Part shown: positions 19,846 to 28,963 of the stretch, in pieces | Layout of the letters: each line of letters starts with the position of its first letter | Position numbering within the stretch: the first letter of the stretch is position 1 | NCBI GenBank assembly: GCA_963745235.1 | Contig: CAVUXE010000053.1 | Span: forward strand, 32,001 to 96,000 | Source of the DNA: an uncultured Spirochaetota bacterium | GTDB lineage: Bacteria > Spirochaetota > Spirochaetia > SZUA-6 > Fen-1364 | Length of the DNA stretch: 64,000 bases | Reading direction: 5' to 3' | Notes under the pieces: model-generated | Databases searched by the model: none | Told to the model about the DNA's origin: nothing | What the model saw: the letters and a program-made list of their open reading frames with translations, nothing else | Position numbers and translations under genes: made by a program

Positions 19846-20898
19846 ATGCGGAAGTTTCTTATCAGGGCTGCCGTGATCACAGCGATCATGGCAATTGCAC
19901 TTCCCGTCGCGCTTTTCGCGGGCGGCAGCGGGGAGAAGCAGGGCGGCACCATGTCGGCCGGGGGAGCAGCGAAGTACGCCATCGTGTTCAAGAACACGGG
20001 GAACCCCTACGGCGACAGGCAGATGGGCGGATTCAAGGCAGGCATCGAGGAGCAGGGATTCCAGGCAATCCTGCGCGCTCCCGATCAGCCAACGGCCGAG
20101 GCGCAGATCCAGATCCTGGAGCAGCTCATTTCCCAGAAGGTGGCGGCAATCTGCATCGTCGGCAACGACAAGGATGCCCTGCAGCCGGTCCTCCAGAAGG
20201 CCATGAGCCAGGGCATCAAGGTGTTCTCCCTGGACTCCGGGGTCAACCCGCAGAGCCGGCTGGTCCATGTGAACCAGGCGGACTCTGAAAAGATCGGGAC
20301 GACGCTCATCGAAGCCGCCTTTGACATGTCCGGCGGAAGCGGCGATATCGCCATCCTTTCGGCGACCAGCCAGGCGACAAACCAGAACCTCTGGATCGAC
20401 TTCATGAAGAAGACGCTCGCGCTGCCGAAGTACGCGAACCTTCACCTGGTGAAGATCGCTTACGGTGACGACATCCGCGACAAGTCGGTGTCCGAGGCGG
20501 AGGGCCTTCTGCAGTCGTTCCCGAACCTGAAGGTCATCATAGCCCCCACCACGGTCGGAATTGCCGCAGCGGGCAAGGTTCTCACGGACAAGGGTCTTGG
20601 CGGCAAGGTGTTCCTCACGGGCTTGGGTTTGCCCTCTGAGATGGCCACCTACATCGAGAACGGCGTCTGCCCCTACATGTTCCTGTGGAACCCCATCGAC
20701 GTCGGGTACCTCGGAGCGTATACCGCCACGGCGCTCGTGAGCGGCAAGATCACGGGCAAGGTTGGTGAGAAGTTCACCGCCGGACGCCTCGGTGAAAAGG
20801 TCATCACGCAGGCACCGGACGGCGGGACCGAAGTCCTGCTCGGGCCCCCGTTCAAGTTCGACAAGGCGAACATCGAGGACTGGAAGAAGGTTTATTAG
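19846..20898 (+). CDS. rhaS: Rhamnose-type ABC transporter substrate-binding protein
   Basis: KNTGNPY, ILSATSQATNQN.WI, YGDD..DKS..EA.GL, IIAPTTVG, TGLGLPSEM and LWNPID.GY; spirochaete-type LFAGG signal; strong RBS. Confidence 0.8.
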   Translation: MRKFLIRAAVITAIMAIALPVALFAGGSGEKQGGTMSAGGAAKYAIVFKNTGNPYGDRQMGGFKAGIEEQGFQAILRAPDQPTAEAQIQILEQLISQKVAAICIVGNDKDALQPVLQKAMSQGIKVFSLDSGVNPQSRLVHVNQADSEKIGTTLIEAAFDMSGGSGDIAILSATSQATNQNLWIDFMKKTLALPKYANLHLVKIAYGDDIRDKSVSEAEGLLQSFPNLKVIIAPTTVGIAAAGKVLTDKGLGGKVFLTGLGLPSEMATYIENGVCPYMFLWNPIDVGYLGAYTATALVSGKITGKVGEKFTAGRLGEKVITQAPDGGTEVLLGPPFKFDKANIEDWKKVY

Positions 20899-20925
20899 GC
20901 CGACGCCCAGGAGGCGCCGGTCGAA

Positions 20926-22395
20926 TCAGGGGCTGTCCGAAAGGGCAGCCCCTTTCTCACGGAGGACCGCCCCGGCGCCCGGCGGCGCCGGCAGGATTTT
21001 CCCCGGATTGAGAATGCCCAATGGGTCCAGGGCGTCCTTTATTGTCCGCATCATGGCGACCGCCGGGCCGCCAAGGTTTCGCTGCACGAAATCGCGCTTC
21101 GAGACCCCAATGCCATGCTCGCCGGAGATCAGCCCTCCGCGCTTGATAGCGTCTGTGTAGATCTCATCCTTGACCTGTCGGTGAAGCGCCTCCCACCCGT
21201 GGATCTCCTCCCCGAGCACGCCATCAGCCAGTCTTCGCCTCATGGTGTGAGAGTGCACGTTTCCATCAGCGGCATGCCCGTATGTGGGGATGGGGATCCC
21301 CAGCCGTTCTTCGAGGGAGGACACGAACTCCACGTGCGCAGCTATCTCTGAGCGGGGGACGCATATGTCGAGGACTTCGACGGAGGCCGGCTTGATGGCC
21401 TCGTAGATCATGCTCCGAAGCTCGAGGATGTCCGCCTGGTGCTCGGATGTCTCCGCCACCAAGACATCCAGGGCGCCCTCCTCCTCCACGATGGCCATGA
21501 ACCTTTGCGCCTGGGAGAGGACTTCCTCCTCGACTGCTCCGTCCAGGATGACCATGAGGGAAGCTGAGCCGACCGCGGCCGGCCACGGCTTTTTCAGCAG
21601 CCGCTCTGAACAGCGGATCACGGCGTGGGGAATGAACTCCACTGCCGCGGGAATTATCCCCGCGCGCAGAAGGGAAGGGACGGCCTGGATGGCCTGTCGG
21701 ACGTTCTCGAAAGGAGCAATCAGCGTCTTGAGACATCCGGGCTTCGGGACAAGGGACAGGGTCACCCGCGTGATGACCCCCAGGGTTCCTTCCGAGCCGA
21801 TCATGAGGTCGAGCAGGTGATACCCGGTGCTGGATTTCACGGTCTTTCCGCCCAGCTCCACGATGGACCCGTCGGAGAGCACCACCTGCAGGCCGATCAC
21901 GAACCGCTTGATGGTCCCGTATTTGACTGCCCGCGACCCACCCGCATTCGCGGAAACCAGCCCGCCCACGTGCGCGCCCTCGTCTCCGGGATGGGGCGGG
22001 AAGAAGAGGCCCATTGCCTCCACGGCTTCATCGAGCCGGCGAAGAGGCATCCCGGCTTCCACCGTGATGGTGGAATTGGCCTGGTCAGCATCGACCTGGC
22101 GATTGAGACGCTCCATGGAAAGAACGACGCCGCCCTCCGCCGCCACGCATGCCCCCGAAAGACCGGTCCCGCCTCCTCGGACCGTGAGCGGGACCCTGTA
22201 CTTTCCGCAAAGTACGGTGATTGACGCCACCTCCTCCGCCGAGGCCGGTCGGACAACCGCCAGCGGGGCTCGCGCGAGCTCCTCCAGGGCCGACTCATCC
22301 CGGGAATAAGGGACCAGGGCGGATGGCTCGGTGATGACGTTCTCCGCTCCAACCATCCCGCGCGCCTCCGCCAGCCATGCTTCGTGATTTGACAT
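20926..22395 (-). CDS. FAD-linked oxidase (GlcD/D-lactate dehydrogenase-like)
   Basis: RGGGTGLSG, ANAGG.RAVKYG, GSEGTLGVIT, GHAADGNVH, SGEHGIG and DPLGILNPGK. Confidence 0.9.
   Translation of the reverse strand: MSNHEAWLAEARGMVGAENVITEPSALVPYSRDESALEELARAPLAVVRPASAEEVASITVLCGKYRVPLTVRGGGTGLSGACVAAEGGVVLSMERLNRQVDADQANSTITVEAGMPLRRLDEAVEAMGLFFPPHPGDEGAHVGGLVSANAGGSRAVKYGTIKRFVIGLQVVLSDGSIVELGGKTVKSSTGYHLLDLMIGSEGTLGVITRVTLSLVPKPGCLKTLIAPFENVRQAIQAVPSLLRAGIIPAAVEFIPHAVIRCSERLLKKPWPAAVGSASLMVILDGAVEEEVLSQAQRFMAIVEEEGALDVLVAETSEHQADILELRSMIYEAIKPASVEVLDICVPRSEIAAHVEFVSSLEERLGIPIPTYGHAADGNVHSHTMRRRLADGVLGEEIHGWEALHRQVKDEIYTDAIKRGGLISGEHGIGVSKRDFVQRNLGGPAVAMMRTIKDALDPLGILNPGKILPAPPGAGAVLREKGAALSDSP
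20929..20958 (+). terminator. Intrinsic terminator of the ABC operon
   Basis: GGGGCTGTCC-GAAA-GGGCAGCCCC hairpin followed by TTTCTC. Confidence 0.75.
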
Positions 22396-22457
22396 CTCTG
22401 CGGCCCTTTTTTTGATCATATTAACTGAGGGGACGACAATGCAAGGGAAACAACCAT

Positions 22458-22482
22458 GGAACCAGGCGCGCGGTACTAGTCT
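22458..22482 (+). promoter_or_regulatory. Candidate ECF sigma promoter
   Basis: GGAAC-16bp-GTCT ending 18 nt upstream of the ATG at 22501. Confidence 0.45.
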
Positions 22483-22500
22483 CCCGAGAGGAAAGAGAAA

Positions 22501-23310
22501 ATGAAACCTCAGCGAAGAGAGTTTCTTCCCCAGGGCGGGGTCCGCAGGCAAAGAACCGCGGAGGAGATTGCTCAGGCCAGGCCTGCCAAGCTCGACTATC
22601 CGGCCACGAAGGTCGGCGCGGCGGGGAGTGTCACGGTCCTGTATGCGTCAACCCTCGGAGACCAGGGCGCAAAGCTCGCCTCGCAGATGCTGAGCTCGGT
22701 CCTCAGCCCTTACAACAACCTGCAGACGCTCTTTGGGATTCCCGGAGGGGCGGTCAACGTCATCATTGCGCCGTTGAGCGGACGAAACGACGGCTCGGGG
22801 GGCGCCTATCACTACGGATGCGATTTCACCTCCGGTGGTGACCTGTACCTCGACGCGACGTTCGCCAGCGCCGCGGTCAACGCCCTGGACCTGGAGATCG
22901 GTCTGTACGTCGCCGAGCTCTCCGAGTCCTTCATGGGCCCGCAGGACAAGGGGTGGGGCTGCGGATTCTCCAACGGAGAGGCGCTCTCCCGGTTTTGCGC
23001 TGAGCAGGCCACTCCCGCCGGCACCCTGTCGGCGTTCGCGACCGGCCCCGCGTGGGATCAGGCCGGTCGGCCGGACTGGGTAAGCAAGACGGAGCAGACA
23101 GATGGGGACAACGTCAGCACGGGCTGCGGGATCGTGTACATCTACTGGATGCTCTCCCTGGGCTTCTCGGCTTCGAAGGTAACCCAGGCGGGCGGCGCCA
23201 CCCTTTCCGCCAACTACCAGGCCCTGACGGGAAAGACAACCGCATACCAGGACCTTCTGGCCGGTCTTGCCGGGGTGACAATCTCCTCCGATAACCCGTT
23301 TTCGGCCTGA
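22501..23310 (+). CDS. Hypothetical protein, possible degenerate gluzincin-like fold
   Basis: 269-aa ORF with protein-like composition; motif YVAELSESFM..GWGCGFSNGEALSR. Confidence 0.7.
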   Translation: MKPQRREFLPQGGVRRQRTAEEIAQARPAKLDYPATKVGAAGSVTVLYASTLGDQGAKLASQMLSSVLSPYNNLQTLFGIPGGAVNVIIAPLSGRNDGSGGAYHYGCDFTSGGDLYLDATFASAAVNALDLEIGLYVAELSESFMGPQDKGWGCGFSNGEALSRFCAEQATPAGTLSAFATGPAWDQAGRPDWVSKTEQTDGDNVSTGCGIVYIYWMLSLGFSASKVTQAGGATLSANYQALTGKTTAYQDLLAGLAGVTISSDNPFSA

Positions 23311-23436
23311 CGGCGCTCTTCGGGGGCCGGCGCGCCACGCCATGCCCGCGTTCGGACGAGCCCGCGCCCGCATCCGGGCGTGCCAGGCCGAATCTGCTTG
23401 CAGAAGTCAGGCATTTCCCCTCATAATCCGGCTGCC

Positions 23437-24633
23437 ATGAAAGACATGCACGCTCAGGTACTCTCCGCGGCAAAGAAGCTCAGGGACTACTCTGCGGAAA
23501 CCCTCTCCTCCATCGTGAAGATCCCTTCGTTCAGCGGGAAAGAGGAGAATGTCTGCCGCGCAATCGAGTCTTTGTGCCGCGAGGCCGGCTTCGACGAGGT
23601 CCGCATCGACGGGCTGGGGAACGTCATCGGCCGGGTGGGAAAGGGTCCGCGCAAGCTCGCGATAGATGCGCACATCGACACGGTTGGTGTCGGAGACGCC
23701 TCCCAGTGGAAGACGGATCCTTTCTCGGGGATCATCAGCGACGGGAAGGTCCTGGGCCGCGGTACATCTGACCAGAAAGGCGGGGCGGCGGCGATGATCG
23801 CCGCGGGCAGGATCCTTCACGAGCTGGGCTATGATGGCACGTTCTCCGTGTACTTCACTTTCACGGTGCTGGAGGAAGACTGCGACGGCCTGTGCTGGCT
23901 GTACCTGATCGAGAAAGAGGGCTTCAAGCCGGAGTTCGCCGTTTCCACGGAGCCCACCACCTGCCGCCTGTATCGCGGCCACCGGGGCCGCATGGAAATC
24001 GAAGCGACGATTCGCGGAATCTCCGCGCATGGAAGCGCGCCCGAGCGCGGCGAGAGCGCGGCCTACAAGGCAGCGCGCGCGGCCCTCGCAATGGAGAAGC
24101 TCAACGGCTCACTCGCTTTCGACGAGTTCCTCGGCAAGGGGACCATCGTCGTCTCCAAAGTGGAAGTGCACGGCCCGAGCCAGTGCGCCGTCCCTGACCA
24201 GGGCAGCCTCTACATGGACCGTCGCCTCACGTGGGGGGAAAACGCTGAGATCGCTCTGGACCAGGTGCGAAAGGCGATGGGCAAGGACGCGGAGAAGGTC
24301 GGCATGCCGGGGTACGACGGCAAGGGCTGGAACGGCGACACCTATCGGCAGGACTTGTATTTCCCAACCTGGAAGATTGCCCCGGATCACCCGCTGGTGG
24401 TGGGCGGCCGCAAGGCGCATAGGGCCCTTTTCGACAAAGAGCCCGAGGTCGGCAAATGGACCTTCAGCACGAACGGCGTCGCCATCTGCGGAAAGCACGG
24501 CATCCCCACCATCGGCTTCGGTCCCGGGGATGAGGACAAGGCGCACGCGCCAAATGAGTACACCCGGATGGATGATCTTGTGACGTGCAGCGCCTTTTAC
24601 GCGATGCTGCCCCTGGCCATGGAGGGCGAGTGA
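23437..24633 (+). CDS. ygeY: YgeY-family M20 hydrolase
   Basis: DAHIDTVG, GRGTSDQKGG, EEDCDGLCW, TEPT..YRGHRGR, AHGSAPERG, WTFSTNG and AHAPNE. Confidence 0.88.
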   Translation: MKDMHAQVLSAAKKLRDYSAETLSSIVKIPSFSGKEENVCRAIESLCREAGFDEVRIDGLGNVIGRVGKGPRKLAIDAHIDTVGVGDASQWKTDPFSGIISDGKVLGRGTSDQKGGAAAMIAAGRILHELGYDGTFSVYFTFTVLEEDCDGLCWLYLIEKEGFKPEFAVSTEPTTCRLYRGHRGRMEIEATIRGISAHGSAPERGESAAYKAARAALAMEKLNGSLAFDEFLGKGTIVVSKVEVHGPSQCAVPDQGSLYMDRRLTWGENAEIALDQVRKAMGKDAEKVGMPGYDGKGWNGDTYRQDLYFPTWKIAPDHPLVVGGRKAHRALFDKEPEVGKWTFSTNGVAICGKHGIPTIGFGPGDEDKAHAPNEYTRMDDLVTCSAFYAMLPLAMEGE

Positions 24634-24666
24634 GAGGGGTGGGACTGTCGCAACACGGGGAAGGGT

Positions 24667-25929
24667 CTAAGGAGCGGAGCCTCGCCGGCGCGCGCGCCTG
24701 ACCAGGCTGTATCCAACGGCTCCCGCGCTCGTGAGAATTGCAACGAGGGCAAGAGGTCCGACGAAGGGCAGGACCACCATCGAGACAGCGAGCGAGATCC
24801 ATGGCAGGGCCTTTCTCGCACCCCTGAGGGTGAGAAGCTTCACGCCCGCCGCTGATCCGATGACATAGACGACAATGGCGGCGCCGCTCGGAATCAAGAG
24901 GGCGGTCTGCAGGTTCACGTTGAAAATGTAATAGACGATCAGCATGACGAGCGACAGGCCGGTGAGCAGCGTGAGGGCCCGCTGCGGCGCTCCTGCTTTC
25001 GGGGTCACCTTCCCGAAATAGGCTGGCAGGGCGCCATCCCTGGCAGCGGCAAGAGCGACTCGCGACATGCCTGCCATGTACGCGTTGACCGTCGCGAAAA
25101 TGATCACCAGCGCGAGCAGGGACGTTCCCGCGGCGCCGTAGACGCCGAGCATTCTGGAGAAAATCGCGGCAAACGGCGCAACGCTTCCCCCGGCCTTGTA
25201 GGCCAGCGTCCCCACCGTGACAAAGGCCACGGAGAGATAGAGGAGGCCGATCACCACGACGCTGAGCACGACGCTTCGGTGGAAATCCCGCTTCGGATCC
25301 CTGAACTCCTCAGCCACGTTGGACACATTCTCGTACCCGAGGTACGACCAGAAGATCAGGGCGGCCGCGGTCCCGACGGGCAGCAGGCCGTTCGGAAGGA
25401 ACGGCGAGAAGCTTGCCGTGTGCACGGAGCCGATGGAAAAAGCCAACGCAAGCACCAGCAGGGTGACGATTGCAGCCACGATTGCAAGCTGGACCCTGTT
25501 GCTGAATACGATGCCCCGAAGGTTGATCACATAAGGGACGATGATGACGGCATACCCGATGAGGTACATTTCCAGCCTGCCCATCGGAAAAGCGTAACCG
25601 AGATACGAGGCCGCTATGAGAGTCACGGCGGGCGCGCCGCCGATGAACCACAAACCGAAGAGCCAGCCGGCGGCCGCTGCCGCGTGGGGCCCGAATGCCT
25701 CCCGGGCAAAAGCGTAGACGCCGCCGGACTCCGGGTTTCGGGCGGAGAGGGATGCGAAGGTGAACGCGAACGGATAGCTCGCGAGGCAAAGCACGGCCCA
25801 CGCAATCAGGGAGGCCGGCCCCGCAAGCCGCGCGGCCAGGCCGGGGAGCACCAGCACGCCCGGACCCAGGACGGAGCTCACGTAGAGGGCAACGGCGTGG
25901 CGCAGCGTGATCGCTTTCCGCAAGGACAT
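24667..25929 (-). CDS. APC-family amino acid permease
   Basis: SVLGPGVLVLPG, PESGG.Y, FWSYLGYENVSNVAEEFRDP; about 12 TM segments. Confidence 0.88.
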   Translation of the reverse strand: MSLRKAITLRHAVALYVSSVLGPGVLVLPGLAARLAGPASLIAWAVLCLASYPFAFTFASLSARNPESGGVYAFAREAFGPHAAAAAGWLFGLWFIGGAPAVTLIAASYLGYAFPMGRLEMYLIGYAVIIVPYVINLRGIVFSNRVQLAIVAAIVTLLVLALAFSIGSVHTASFSPFLPNGLLPVGTAAALIFWSYLGYENVSNVAEEFRDPKRDFHRSVVLSVVVIGLLYLSVAFVTVGTLAYKAGGSVAPFAAIFSRMLGVYGAAGTSLLALVIIFATVNAYMAGMSRVALAAARDGALPAYFGKVTPKAGAPQRALTLLTGLSLVMLIVYYIFNVNLQTALLIPSGAAIVVYVIGSAAGVKLLTLRGARKALPWISLAVSMVVLPFVGPLALVAILTSAGAVGYSLVRRARRRGSAP

Positions 25930-26004
25930 CGTGAGGGAAAGGATACTGGAGCGCACTGTTCGGCGGCAAACAAAGCGTGTAAGATCGGGAACCCGGGAGG
26001 ACCC

Positions 26005-26739
26005 ATGATTCCCATCGGAGACGACAATACCGGCAGGCGCACGACTCCCTGGATGACCTGGACGTTGATCGCGCTGAACGTGATTGTCTTTGTCTTTTTC
26101 GAGGGGTTGGGCGCCAACGAGCGGTTCATCAACGCATACTCCGCGGTGCCGGGGAAGATCCTCACGGGCAGGGACATCGTCACCCGGGATCACCTCCTCC
26201 TGGACCCGAATACCGGCCGGCGCGTCCTGGTGCCCGGGCTCCAGCACACGCCGGTGCCCCTGTGGCTGACCATCATCACGTCCATGTTCATGCACGCCGG
26301 CATCGCCCACATTGCGGGCAACATGCTCTACCTGTTCATCTTCGGCGACAACATCGAGGACAGGCTGGGGCATCTGCGCTACCTCTTCTTTTACTTATTC
26401 TGCGGTGTCGCCGCTTCCCTGTCGCAGGTGTACGTGACGAAGCTGACCGGAGGTGACCTGCTGGTCCCAACCCTGGGAGCATCAGGGGCCATCGCCGGTG
26501 TCCTGGGCGCTTACCTCCTTCTGTTCCCGCGAAACCGCGTCCGGGTCCTGATGTTCCGCTTCATCACCTCCGTGCCGGCCATTGTCGCCGTCGGGATATG
26601 GTTCCTTTTCCAGGTGGTGGCGGAGCTCGGTGCGCTTGGCCGTGACACCGGCGGCGGCGTTGCATATGCCGCGCACGTTGGTGGGTTTGCCGCGGGATTC
26701 ATCACGGTGAAGCTGTGGGGCGCCGGCAGGAGGGCCTGA
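26005..26739 (+). CDS. Rhomboid intramembrane serine protease
   Basis: MIPIGDDN, TSMFMH..HIAGNM..FGDNIED, catalytic GASGA and AHVGG; GGAGG RBS. Confidence 0.92.
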   Translation: MIPIGDDNTGRRTTPWMTWTLIALNVIVFVFFEGLGANERFINAYSAVPGKILTGRDIVTRDHLLLDPNTGRRVLVPGLQHTPVPLWLTIITSMFMHAGIAHIAGNMLYLFIFGDNIEDRLGHLRYLFFYLFCGVAASLSQVYVTKLTGGDLLVPTLGASGAIAGVLGAYLLLFPRNRVRVLMFRFITSVPAIVAVGIWFLFQVVAELGALGRDTGGGVAYAAHVGGFAAGFITVKLWGAGRRA

Positions 26740-26751
26740 ACGCCACTTCGG

Positions 26752-26988
26752 TCACGAATCGTTTTCGTGCGCTGCGAACCACAGGAGCCAGCCACAGCGC
26801 GGGCATCTCCAGGTGACCGTGGGGATTTGACGCCTGCCTTTCAGCCGATATCCCCCCAGCGCGTTTTTCTCAAGCTCGCCTTCAATCCATTTCATTCGTT
26901 CCAGCCAGCCATGCCCGCCCCTCCCAAGCAGGTGTCCTTCCTCCATGCGGACATGGCAGACGGGGCATTCGTGCGCCGTTGCGTTCAT
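26752..26988 (-). CDS. Small zinc-ribbon protein (CxxC...CxxC)
   Basis: ECPVCHVRMEEG..WRCPRCG; ATGA overlap with the upstream gene. Confidence 0.75.
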   Translation of the reverse strand: MNATAHECPVCHVRMEEGHLLGRGGHGWLERMKWIEGELEKNALGGYRLKGRRQIPTVTWRCPRCGWLLWFAAHENDS

Positions 26989-27161
26989 TTCTCTTTCCTC
27001 TCCCGCGGGACCCGGGCAAGCCGCCCTGCGTCGATCAGAGCCTGGCGCAGCAGGAACTCGACCTGCCCGTTGATGCTGCGCAGTTCCTCCCCGGCCCACA
27101 CCGCCAGCGCGTCGTAGGTTTCCGGGCCGATGCGAAGGAGAAACGACTTCCTGTCCGGCAT
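26985..27161 (-). CDS. Ribbon-helix-helix (Arc-like) DNA-binding protein
   Basis: MPDRKSFLLRIGPETYDALAVWAGEELRSINGQVEFLLRQAL. Confidence 0.85.
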   Translation of the reverse strand: MPDRKSFLLRIGPETYDALAVWAGEELRSINGQVEFLLRQALIDAGRLARVPRERKEK

Positions 27162-27171
27162 CACACCCGCG

Positions 27172-28023
27172 CTATCGGTACAGGGATCCCGTGTTGACGA
27201 CCGGTTGGGTGGTTTGCTCGCTGCACAGGACAACCAGCAGGTTGCTGGCCATGGTGGCCTTGCGTTCTTCGTCCAGCTCGACGACGTTCTGTGACGCCAG
27301 CATCTCCAGCGCGTTCTCCACCATGCCGACCGCCCCCTCGACAATTGTGCGCCGAGCCGCGACAACGGCCGCCGCCTGCTGCCGACGGAGCATCACGGCG
27401 GCAATCTCCTGCGCGTAGGCGAGATGGCTCACCCGGGTCTCGGTCACCTCAACCCCCGCCTTCTGCAACCGCTCCTGGATCTCCGTCTTCAGCTGCGCGG
27501 ACACTTCCGCCGTGTGGCTCGACAGCGCGATCTCCCCTTCGCCGTGAGCGTCGTAGGGATATGCGGTGGCAAGATTGCGCAGCGCCGCCTCGCTCTGCAC
27601 GTGCACGTAGTTCTCATAGTTGTCTACCTGGAAGACGGCCTCCGCGGTGTCAACGACTTTCCAGACCACCACGCAGGCAATCTCGATGGGATTGCCTCTG
27701 TTGTCATTGACCTTCAGCCGGGCCGTTTCGAAGTTCCGGACCCGAAGCGATATCGCCTTGCGCGTGAAAAATGGGTTGGTCCACCGGAGGCCCGGCTCGC
27801 GTGCCGTGCCTCGATACGCCCCGAAGAGCTGCAGCACGCGGCCCTGGTTCGGGCTGACCGTGAAGAGCCCCCGGAGAAACAGAGCCGCCAGGACTATCAG
27901 GAGGGAAAACGCGCGGACCTGAATCCCATGCCGTATGCCCCAGAGGGAGCCGAGAATGGCGGCCAGAAGCAGGATCAGCATGGGAATTCCAGGGACGGCG
28001 TTCCGTTTCGTTTCGCTTATCAT
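27172..28023 (-). CDS. SPFH/band 7 domain protein
   Basis: Two N-terminal TM segments, LKVND..GNPIEIA, QSEAALR and LAYA.EIA..MLRRQQA. Confidence 0.92.
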   Translation of the reverse strand: MISETKRNAVPGIPMLILLLAAILGSLWGIRHGIQVRAFSLLIVLAALFLRGLFTVSPNQGRVLQLFGAYRGTAREPGLRWTNPFFTRKAISLRVRNFETARLKVNDNRGNPIEIACVVVWKVVDTAEAVFQVDNYENYVHVQSEAALRNLATAYPYDAHGEGEIALSSHTAEVSAQLKTEIQERLQKAGVEVTETRVSHLAYAQEIAAVMLRRQQAAAVVAARRTIVEGAVGMVENALEMLASQNVVELDEERKATMASNLLVVLCSEQTTQPVVNTGSLYR

Positions 28024-28054
28024 GATATTTATATGATATCATTATGATTTCATA
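28022..28054. promoter_or_regulatory. Three tandem 11-bp AT-rich repeats over the SPFH start; probable RHH operator
   Basis: ATGATATTTAT ATGATATCATT ATGATTTCATA. Confidence 0.65.
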
Positions 28055-28155
28055 CGGTCAAGCAGAACGCGGGATTCCACGCCAGGCGGCGTCGCCGAAC
28101 AATTTGCGCGCGGCCCGCCCGGACATTATTATCTACCGTGGACAAAGGAGGTCCC

Positions 28156-28959
28156 ATGGGAATCTCAGGCGCGTTTCGGGATCGGTACGGCCCCTGGGCA
28201 CTCGTTGCAGGCGGCTCCGAGGGGCTGGGCGCCGCGTTTGCTTCCGAGCTCGCGAGCCTTGGAATGCACCTGCTCCTGGTTGCCCGCAGGCCTGATTTAC
28301 TGGAGCGCACGGCATCGGGCCTGAGGGCGACAGCCGGCGTCGAGGTTCGGACCGTGGCGGTGGATCTGGGCACGGCCGCGGGGCTCGCGGACGTTGCGCG
28401 CCAGGCGAAAGGCCTCGACATCGGCCTCCTGGTGTGCAACGCGGCCTCTTCCTACGAAGGGCCTTTCTTCAAGGCAAGCCTCGCGAAGTACCGGCACGTG
28501 ATAGACGTCAACTGTTACGGGGCACTGGCTCTCATCGACATGGTCGCGCCGGGGCTCATCCAGCGCGGGAGGGGAGGCATCATCGTGATGTCCAGCATGG
28601 CCGCTTTCCAGGGCTCCCCGTATGTCACCGTCTATAGCGCCACCAAGGCGTTCCTCCTGTCAGTGGCCGAGGGCCTGGCGGTGGAGCTCAAGCCGAAAGG
28701 CGTGGACGTGCTCGCTTCCTGCCCGGCGGTGGTGCGCACTCCCAACTATCTTGCAAGCAGGCCGGTGGACGCGAAGCCGACCCCGGTGGACGTTGAGCCG
28801 GCGCTCGCCGCCCGCGAAACCCTGCGGGCCCTCGGGCACAGGAGCGTCCTGATCCCCGGAGCCAGGGTCCGCATGGCGCACGCGGCAATGCGGCTGATGC
28901 CCCGCGGGGCCGCTGTTTCCATGATGGCGAACAGCACACGAGCGATGTATGGAGAATAA
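28156..28959 (+). CDS. Classical SDR oxidoreductase (17-beta-HSD/ketoacyl reductase-like)
   Basis: RYGPWALVAGGSEGLG, MSS and YSATK; AGGAGG RBS. Confidence 0.88.
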   Translation: MGISGAFRDRYGPWALVAGGSEGLGAAFASELASLGMHLLLVARRPDLLERTASGLRATAGVEVRTVAVDLGTAAGLADVARQAKGLDIGLLVCNAASSYEGPFFKASLAKYRHVIDVNCYGALALIDMVAPGLIQRGRGGIIVMSSMAAFQGSPYVTVYSATKAFLLSVAEGLAVELKPKGVDVLASCPAVVRTPNYLASRPVDAKPTPVDVEPALAARETLRALGHRSVLIPGARVRMAHAAMRLMPRGAAVSMMANSTRAMYGE

Positions 28960-28963
28960 CACG

